In this document: positions 54,178-64,000 of the stretch, one piece after another
How the letters are laid out: the number at the start of each line of letters is the position of its first letter
Position numbering within the stretch: position 1 is the first letter of the stretch
Assembly (NCBI RefSeq): GCF_009914755.1
Contig: NC_060932.1
DNA: 64,000 bases
Direction: 5' to 3' (one strand)
From: the human T2T-CHM13v2.0 reference genome, Homo sapiens
Program-made: the position numbers and the translations under genes
The notes under the pieces: model-generated
The model's input: the letters and a program-made list of their open reading frames with translations, nothing else
Told to the model about the DNA's origin: nothing
The model's database searches: none

Positions 54178-54472
54178 CCTTTTTCTTTTTTTCTTTTTTG
54201 AGATGAAGTCCAGCTCTGTCACCCAGCCTGGAGTGCTGGGTGGAGCGATCTCGGCTCACCACAACCTCCAAGCAATTCTCCTGTTTCAGCCTCTCCAATA
54301 GCTGGGACTACAGGCACCCACCACCATGCCTGGCTAACTTTTTTTGTATTTTTAGTAGAGACAGGGTTTTGCCATGTTGGCCAGGCTGGTCTTGAGCTCC
54401 TGATTTCAAGTGTTCTGCCCACCTCAGCCTCCCAAAGTGCTGGGATTACAGGCATGACCCACTGCGCCCGGT
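54178..54472 (-). mobile_element. AluS (Sx/Sz-like) with a small internal deletion
   Basis: Antisense dimer; caacctcc|aagcaattctc lacks about 12 bp of consensus. Confidence 0.92.
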
Positions 54473-57400
54473 TGTCTCTTTCAAACTCAGCCTGTTCTCT
54501 ACAGCAGATCATAGCTTATCCTACCTATTCATGCTCCTGTGTCTCCTCCCAGCATCCAGCAGGTATCAAGGAGATGTAAGTTGTCATCTTTTTGGATGCT
54601 CTTTAACTTTTCTGTCCCCAAAAGTTGAACAGGGAACTTTTTTTTTTCAAAGTTGAACTTAGTGCCTTCACAGAAAAATGATGAGTAACAAAATTAGAAT
54701 TAGGTCTAAGAATACCTAGCACTGTTTTATAGTTCCTGGTGTTTCTTCTCACGTCTCAGCTCCCCAGAATGTATATAGTGTAGATTTTCCTCTGTGGTGT
54801 ACTGGTGGTCATGAGCAAGGAGAACTTAAGAGCACTCATACTTTTGAGTGACACATGCACCCCAAGGGAATTCCAGATAAACGACTTCAGGTATAATGTT
54901 ATCCCTTTCCTCCTGGCTGTTATACATGGGAAAGTCCCTTTTTGTTATTTGCTAACAGTACTCTAACTTCAAATTACCTTTGCAATCCTGCCTGCCCATA
55001 ATCCAAATCCAATCCTCAAGTATATATTTCCTTCTACAATGCCAGCCTCCTCACATTCCCCCCTGGTACAATGCTCATGACTATTTCTCCGTTTTTACTT
55101 TCTGCTTGGAATGGCCTCATGCCTCTTTGCAGCCTAGCTCATGCCTCGTCATAGTTCAAGTCTCAGTTCCTGTCCCCATCTCCTCTATGAAACCTTCTCC
55201 ACCATACTATCCCATGACAGTCTACTTATAAATCCTACAGCTCTTATTGTATATACCATTTATATGCTGCCAATGCCACTGCACTATAATTTATATGTAC
55301 CAATAGGTTTTTTAAAAATTCATATCTTATTGCCAAAAAATACTGTAAAATCTAAAGGACTGATCATCTAAGTGAATATTTTTCAATCCCTTGGTTTAGT
55401 TTAGGCAAAGGCATCTGTAAGGGGAGTGGAATTGGGGGATTCTAAATTTTTTTCAGAGACTTAGAATCCGTTAAAAAATCAAGAATTCCCTGAAGACTAA
55501 CTTGTATATGTCTTACAAATGTACATACTGAGAATTGTATATACATATGATGATTTTATATGTGTGAATGGTATGATTAATAAAATAATAAAATAATATA
55601 TTTAAAGAATTATTGAACTTGTCATAGCTGTCAGTCACTTTTTCAACCAATATGTACTAAAACTGAAGGTATTATGAGGGGTTCTTTAAATCACTTTTAT
55701 TGAAAGTTTATACTCATCAGTCAACCACATACAATACAGGCAAACATAAAATACTTTTTCTCTGTTTACTTCTGCTTTAGTTTGTACAACTTGGTGGGGA
55801 ATTCTCTTTTTATAGGTAGAACGTTTATCAACTTTGGGTAGTTCCGTAGTGTCAAACATTTGGTAGGTGGGACCAACCAGTTGTTGAATAAATAACCTAC
55901 CACTAACTGCTCACAGCATGAGGCAGACCACTTAAGGGGTAGCAGGCTGGAACATAGACATGCATACAGGGGAAGCACAATGCTGTTTCACTTCTGTGGA
56001 AGCAGGCAAGATAACAGCACCAGGATTTTTCTCTTTACAACTCTCCCTTTTGCCATCATCACTTTTTTGAGATTTCTTGATCTTCCTTTCTAACCTATTC
56101 TCAGAGAATTGATGTCACTCAGCTCTAAAAAGTGAAAACGTAGAAACTTTTGCAAAATACCCTAGATAATGGAGTATTACTGCCAAATAATTTATTCAGT
56201 TTGCTAAAGGCCCATTAGCCATGAACACTAAAGAAATAGCCTGATAACACTTTGTGGATTATAAAGTTAGCAAGTAAAGAATAAACCGTGTTAAAAATGC
56301 AGACAGGAAGATGTTAAGTTTGAATTGAGAAATGCTCCTTGATCCATATGTCTGTTAATGAGACATTTCTGCTCTTATGCATGTGTCTGTTGGGTGACTC
56401 ATTATATGAAATATGAAAGCACACAGCTTCCTCTAAGACTGATTTTGTACATATCATAAAGCAGAAATATTAGCCATTAGAGATCAGTGTTTCTCCATTA
56501 AGAATTAAAATGCGTTAGGACCATGACTGCATTAACTATCATTGAATTAACAAAATATTTCTGTTGCTGACATCTTAATTAGTGCATTAATTATATTTTA
56601 ATTATCGATGGTCCATAATCTACAACTGTAGACAACTGAATTTTCAGTCATTGATGTTAATTATGTGTTCTGTAATCACTCTCAATCACGGTGTGGAGCA
56701 CTCCAGTACAAATTTAGTCAGTGTAACAAGCCAGTGCTTTACAAAGAATTTGCCCTCATGAGGATGACTATAGTGACTGCAACTTAAACAGTCATGGTAC
56801 GCTCCAGTGAGTAGTTTGGGAGGTAAATGTAGAATTAAATTCTTTTTTCACTCAGTCTTTAATTGTGAGAATCCCACTCTAGCATATTCCACCTGAAGCT
56901 TTGACTTTGGGTATTACATCACTAAAAAATAAAAAGTAATGCAGCTTCCATTTAAGTGGAATTTTTGCCAACTAAAAAATAATTGAAGGATACACTGCCA
57001 AATGTCCACAGAGCCAAACCTGTCCTGTTCACTCCCCTATGTGTATGGCTTAAGAAAGTCCAACAATTCCTTCTTCCAAAAATAGCTGTAAAAGTAGCTC
57101 TCTGTTAGAATTAACTGCACCTTATATCTAAGCCAACACATAAGCACAATCTGACAAAGGATTTTTTTGATTTGATTATTCCTATATGACAAGACTTGCA
57201 AAAGCCATAAAAGTAAATTACATTTGGAAGAACTTTTAAATGAGTCGTTTTTATTGAAGAAGATAAAAACATATTTGGAATGATACACAATATTTGGACT
57301 AATCCAGGACATGTGGGTTTTAGATACAATGTTTTCAATTTCTCCATTAGAGTCTTGTTTCTTAGGGCTTTGAAGGTATTAAAATCCTTAAGAAGCCCTA

Positions 57401-57647
57401 ATTAAGACGCAAATTCCCCCAGGAGAAGTTAATACCTTGAATGTTCGTCAATGAACACCTAGTGAAAAAGCCTGTAGACCAATTCTCACCAAGTGAGAAT
57501 TGGTGAGAATTTTACATAATGTCAGCATAAGGGAAATGCCAACACTCCTTCATCTCTACCACTTTTTTCTCTGGAACTAAGAAGAAGGTAAAGTAAGGAA
57601 ATCAGAATGAAAAATACCTAATTCTCAAATGTTGCTTTATAAAATAT

Positions 57648-57651
<4 letters not shown>

Positions 57652-57684
<33 letters not shown>
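57652..57684 (+). repeat. (AG)16 dinucleotide microsatellite
   Basis: 33-nt perfect AG run. Confidence 0.97.
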
Positions 57685-57687
<3 letters not shown>

Positions 57688-60600
57688 TTTTCTTAATCTA
57701 ATAACAGCTCGTCAGCTCTCCATGGTCTCCAACCAGCCTAACATTACGTATTAACGCAGAGCTAAGACTGCTGAACAGTAACAATTCAGATCCATTACAT
57801 TTCTCAATTATTTCAAGCCCATCATCTTCTGATGGTATGGTTCTATAACTGGAAATGTTCAGACCAAATCAGGAAACACATTCATCAATGAAAGCATAGA
57901 AGAGAAACTCTTGTCCATCAGGGCATATGAATATGATAAAGAGAATGCAACTGATGAAATGCAAGTTGCTGATATTTACATCTCAGAAAATGAACTGAAC
58001 AGAAAATATTATATATATAAAGATGTGTACTTAATATGTGTGGGACATAGAAATTTCCCTTTTCTCTGATTCCCTTATTAAAATAGATGTTTTCTATTTC
58101 CCTTTGGCAGAATGAAGAATTATGAAGGCTACAAGCATATTTTAATACTTTTTTCCCAAATTTTTTCCTGCTTCATATAAATTACAAACCTCTAAAGTTT
58201 TATGTTCCTTAATTTGCAGCAGTTTGTAGCTCTAGAAAGCTCTGAGAGTTAAGAGATCAGAATTCCTGAATTGTGAGACACACAATTCATTGGAAAATAT
58301 CCCACATTTACTTACCACCTTATAGGGTGCCCTAGTCTGAGAGAGCAATGGCATTCAAATCATAAGAGTTTAGAACTGATGCCATCATCAAAACCTCCCC
58401 ATGTACAGTTCCTTGCCTGTCAGATAATGGGCCTGAGACCTCTAAGGTTCAACCATTTCCCAGTGTTCCATACTTGATAAATATTCAAGCTTAGGTTTGA
58501 ATGCAAGTCTTTTGCTTCCCAGAAAAATGTTTTCATGAGTAGCAAGGAGCACTCTGGCTGCCACCTTTAAATTATAAGAGATCATTACTTTTTTAATATT
58601 TAGAAATCTGTTTTTGCTTTTCTTGTTGTGTGGCAGTTGTTTCATTTTACTCACTGGGCTTCTTCTATTAGTACCTCCATAATTGATTCACCTTGTAATG
58701 TGCCTTGTCTGAGTGCAGTTTTAGTTATCAATGAATTAAAACTTTAAGGTTTTTGGATCAAGGTCTCTTCTAAATGCTTACCTTTTTTCCATTATAACAA
58801 AAATTATCTAATGATCTGACAGTTATATGGTAGAGGCACAAAACTGGGGAGGAAAAATAGATCTCAGCAAGCATGTGTAAGTTTCTTATCATTTTCTTAT
58901 GAAGAAAGATGATTTCATTATAGCATAGTAGGTCCAAAAGCTATGGGAGAGAATTGCATCTACCTTTCCCAATAGCCCAAAAGAAAGCAAGCAGTTAAAT
59001 TAACACACTCAACAACCACTTCTTGCTGAGAAATCACTAGCAGATTTGCGCTTCCCCATTTCATGCTACTGAATTTGCTCCATCATTTGGCCATGCATAT
59101 TCAACTTTATTCCTCTTCCACCCACCAGATCAAGTTAGCACAAACAGAATAAGTAGGTGGTACTTTTTAGACTCTAGGACTATTTAAATACACACACCTG
59201 AGTCTCACAATCTTGGCTCATAACTTTTTCTGGGGATTTGCCTAGTAAAATATAACTAGATATTGTCAGAGACTTTGTTCTCTGCTTGCTATGTGCTACT
59301 CCTGGATAGCACATTATGCCAGCAACGTTATATGATGCCTTGACTTAATCCGTGAAAGTGCTTTGTGGTTTAGGAAGCTCCTCCAAAATCATCTGATGAC
59401 CATTAGAACAACACTTTCACCTGATTGATTTATGTTTTTTGGTTTGCCCAGATATGATCTAATGGTGAAGACCATTTTAAAAACAGGTAAACTAATCCCA
59501 GAATTCTGATGAAATGTGTCTCATGTATTAAAATCAACCTACATCAACTTCATCCTGACATCTTCTTGAATTTAGTAGCTCCACTTTGCTTTTTTTATTC
59601 AGTGTAAACTGAAACTGGAAATATTAATTTTCAGAATACAGATAATTTTTGCACCTATATCTCAAAGTTATATTCAAAAATCTGATGTTTGAAAAAAACA
59701 TGAGGCACTATAGTGTCTTCTCAAAATCTGTTAGGAATTATTGATCTCAAAAAATCAGAGGTGTAACACTAAATTTACTTAGATTTAGCTTGATACAACT
59801 CTGTAGCACACACAAAATCTCATATATATCTCAGTTTCACATATGGAAATACTAACTGTTGCTGCACTCTGCAATTCTGAATTAGAATTAGACACTCTAT
59901 TCCCCTAAATCTTTCTATTAAGGGAATAATTTTTTAAATTGGCTAAAAACACTTGTTATATTAGAAGAACTCTAAAACAGGGGACTATTTGGCCAGAGAG
60001 CTGTTGTTGAGTTGATGGATAGAAATTGCTTATTCACCACCTGTTGGAAAATGTTAGTGTTCGTGTTCAATCATGTGCCTAATTTAGTGTGTAATTGGAA
60101 ATGTAGCGCTTGCAAGGCAGGCAAATCTTTTTGAAGATTCAGCTATTTATATTGAGCGTATTAATTACACTGAAATAAAGGAGAACACAAAGCTATCAGG
60201 AGAACAGAGACTACTTTCAAAGTAACTGCTCAACAGGACACACACTGGTTACTTAGAGAGATAAAAGCACCGTGTTGCCTGAATAAGTGTGAAATACTTC
60301 AGGGCTGCCATATTATCACCATCACAAATTGTCAGCAGATGTTTCTTCTATTCAGCTTAAATGGGCACTGATTCTTCCTAAAAAAGCATATACTTCCAAC
60401 GGCTTTTAAAAGCCTTCATGTCTCTTTTTATCTCTGTCCTATGTTAACATTAAAATTTTCCTGCCAAGTTTATTTATACATGTTATTTGAAATAGTGTAC
60501 ACAATGGATACATTGCAACTTTTCCAGTGTTTTTCACTATTCTGCTAAGTCCAAGCATTTAACAGAATGGTCTTAAGAACTTTTCTGAGTGAAACTTTAG

Positions 60601-61914
60601 TTACTGCAGTCTGTTTGTCCAGCTTCACCATCAGCAGGATTGGGGCCTCTTCAAACAACTACTTCAACAGTATTGTCCATGGCAAAGAGAGGTTGCTACT
60701 TAGCATTAACCCACATTTAAGGCCCTGAACTGCAGTCAGTTAAGTTCCAATGCAGTAAAGAGAGAAATGTAGCATCAAAGAGAAATTGAGAAGAAAGAGG
60801 ATTCCCTAGAAGTTGTCATATGGCTGAGTAAAAAGGGTATGGAAGAGAGCTGTGAGCAGAGAAGGCAACAAAAATGCCAAGTGATATTCTGAACAATTTG
60901 TATAAGGTGGGATTATTAGTTGATTATTACAAAATATTCATCATTAAATAGTAGCATTTGTGCAGAAACCCATGGTAAACCTATGGATCCTTAGGAAAAC
61001 TAAGTCTTCTTGCTGTTCATCTTGATTCGTTACATAGACATACCCAAGCGAACATAAATATGACTCCAAAGTTTTGAAGAGTAATGTGATGTCAGTCTTT
61101 CATATGAAAAGATGCCCTTGATGTGGGTTGAAGATGGAGAAGAGGCAAAACTTGTTTAAAAATTCTTATTCCCAATTTTCTTTACCATTCCAAATTTCTC
61201 TAATTAAAAAAAAAAAACTTCAGTCGGTAATAAGCCTAAGATTTCTTGTCTCATCCATCTCACCTTCTTATTTTTCAGAATATTCTATTTTCCTGGGAGA
61301 ATAAGCTCCATGTCCTATCTTACACAAATTTAACTTCTCTCAGCATTTTTTTTATTTTTCTTCTATACCCAGCATCTCCAATCAACCCCCAAAGCCATAG
61401 GAACTAAAAAGCAAGAGAGTGAGAAAAGCCATAAATAATATTTTAAACTATATTTTGCCCATTGTACTCAAATATGATATAGTTATCTTGTTTATATTAA
61501 CTTATAAGCTTTTATGCTTACATTAACTTTTGTGCTTTGGTTAATCTTAATATTCTCGTGTGTTCTTTTAACATAAATAGTAGGTTAAAATTTTTTCTAG
61601 AAAATAAATAAGAAAAAAATATATATATATAAGAAGACTAGTAAAAATCCAGAGAATAACAATGTAAGATAGAAGAAAATATGTCAAATGAGGATCACCT
61701 CAGTTCACTACCCTTTGTTTAAAGATAGTAATGTGTGTTAGGTGCTCTGCAGCATCTGCTTATTTGATTCATACTGTCCTAGATTAAACACCCAGGACTT
61801 GGACAGTGATGTCATAAAGTTAGGAAATAAAAGAAATTTAATTTACAATGAGTTATGTCTCCCCAAAATAGCTATTATGTTTTAAAGGATTTTTTTTTTT
61901 TTATAAAAAGCAAT

Positions 61915-64000
61915 GAGTAGTGTCTGAAAGATGGTGAACTAAGAAATCCCAATGCTCATCTCTCCACAAAAACAACAGTGAGAGAACTACCTACTGATGA
62001 AAATAGCTGTGGGAAAACCCCAGAGTACAATGACAATGAAGCAACCCAGTGGAGCACAAAATCCAATGATAGCCAACATAGAAAACTATAGAAAGCATTT
62101 TACCTGTGCCACCCCATTTCCCAGCCTGGCACAGTCAGCACCAAGAGGGATCCTCTTGGTTCTGACTTCTACCAGTGGGGTAAACAGAGCACAATGATCC
62201 CAGTGGTTTTTGCCATTGAGCCTCTGTAGTCTTTGCCAATGCTGACTCTGGTTGACAGAGCTGCCCAGAGTCCATGTTCCTGTGCCGCTCTCCAGTCCAG
62301 AAGGAGCTACCACTATATCCCTTCCTTGCTCCCTATATGTGCTATACCACAGAAACTGGTGTGATTGCTGCCATGAGCATGTCCACACCTTAAACATTGG
62401 TACCAGTGAAGCTCTGCACATGGCCTTCTTGGATCCCAGTACCACACCGTATGTGTGCTCATGCCCCAGACTCATGCCCCAGACTCTGGCACCACCATGT
62501 GCATGCCCACACCTCAAACCTGGGCATCAAGAGAGATTGCCTCTGCTGTGACTTCCTTATGTGGGGAAAAAGGAGACTAGGAAGACCTTAGCAACCCTCA
62601 CCATCACCATGGACACCCACAGCTTTGACTACCAAGGACCCCCACTGTCTTTGCTTATGCTGACCTCAGTTGACAGAGCTTCCCAGAGTCTATGCTGCTG
62701 TGCCACTCCCCACCACTACTCCCACCAGAGCCAGAGCCATCACACCCCACTCACTAATGCCCTTGCATCCACCACAGATATAGGTCTTTTCATACCACAG
62801 CTAGTCCACAAAGTCTGGAATAGGTGACATTTCCTTCAACTATGCAGACATTAATAAAAAGCTACAAAAAAACACAAAATATCAAGGAAACATAACCCAA
62901 CTAATGGAACACAATAATTTTCCAGTAACTGAGCCCAAATAAATGAAGATCTACAAATTGCCTGAAAAAGAATTCAAAATAATTGTTTTAAAAGAATTCA
63001 ATGGGCTATAAGAGAGCACATATAGACAACCCAAGGAAATCAGAAAAACAATATATGAACAAAGAGATAGAAATTATTTTAAAAAGAACCAAACAAAAAT
63101 CCTGAAAGTGAAGAATTCAATAAATGAAATTTAAGAATTCAATAGAGAGATTCAATGGAAGACTCAATAAAGCAGAAGAAAGAATCTACAAAAATGAATA
63201 CAGAGTATTTGAAATTCTTCAGTTAGAGAAGAATAAAGTAAAAAAAGAGTGAAGAAAATCTACAGGACTTACACGATACCATAAAGCAAACCAATGTAAG
63301 CATTATGGGTATCTAAGAAGAAGACAGAAAGAAAGGGAAAGAAATCTCATTTAAAGAAATAAAAGCTGAAAACTTCCCAAATCTTGAGAAAGAAATATAC
63401 ATCAAGATTCAGGAAGCTGCAAATTTTCCAAAAATGGAGCTGAAAATTTTCAACACAAAGGAGACTACACCAAGATACATTATAATTAAATTGTCAAAAG
63501 TCAGCAACAAAGACAGAATTGTGAAAGTGACAAGAGAAAAGCAACTAATCATATATAAAGCAACCCTTAAAATGCTATCAGTAGATCTCTCAGCAAAAAC
63601 TTCGCAGGCCAAGGGAGAATAGCATGATATATCACAGCACAGAATTTAAAAAAAAAAACCGTTAATCAAAAATACTCTATCCAGCAAAATTATCTTTTAA
63701 AAATGAAGGAGAAATTGTTTTCCAAACAAAAGCTAGGGGGAATTCAACAAACACTGATGAAGGAAATTAAATAATACACATTTAAATTGAAAGATATTCT
63801 GTGTTCATGGATAGGAAGAATTAATATTGTTAAAATGTTCATACTACCCAAAGTAATCTACAGATCCAATACAATCCCTATCAAAATCATAATGGCATTT
63901 TTATATAAATAGAAGAAACAATCCTAAAATTCATATGGAACTGCAAAATATTCAAATAGCCAGAGCAATACTGAGAAAGAGCAACAGGGCTGAAAGCATC
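61915..64000 (+). mobile_element. Old L1M element: 5'UTR, decayed ORF1, then a jump to post-RT ORF2; runs off the window end
   Basis: 5' motif aagatggtgaactaaga; ORF 63434-63622 is ORF1-like (TTPRYIIIKLSKVSNKDRIVKVTREK); ORF2-like [24 protein letters not shown] from about 63790. Confidence 0.9.

Noticed and set aside
55861-55902. tggtaggt...acctacca inverted repeat as a possible pre-miRNA
   Set aside because: Only an 8-bp stem with a poorly paired interior

Overview
This is primate, most likely human, euchromatic non-coding DNA. It is AT-rich, has no CpG island, and contains no recognisable protein-coding exon or intact gene. The ORF-track entries I could assign are decayed L1 ORF1/ORF2 pieces, Alu or LTR read-throughs, or chance ORFs. 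Roughly half the window is interspersed repeat: L1 (L1PB, L1PA, L1MA/MB/MC/ME types), about nine Alus/FLAM, MaLR/ERVL solo LTRs (THE1C x2, MLT1C/D, LTR16), hAT-Charlie MITEs, many L2/MIR relics and a few microsatellites. Subfamily names come from remembered consensus sequences, not from an alignment. The most notable structures are: (1) a tRNA-Glu copy fused directly to an L1M 3' end with a putative shared target-site duplication (TSD), i.e. a tRNA-L1 chimeric retrocopy; (2) a TSD-flanked L1PB1 lacking almost all of ORF2, with ORF1 joined in frame to the ORF2 C-terminus, plus a second L1 with a deletion starting at almost the same ORF1 position; (3) two local duplications; (4) a cluster of four alternating-orientation Alus; (5) several candidate non-coding exons and a repeat-poor, homeodomain-motif-rich block at 55.5-61.9 kb. 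I found no evidence of a genuinely new biological system; the findings are retrotransposition oddities and regulatory hypotheses.
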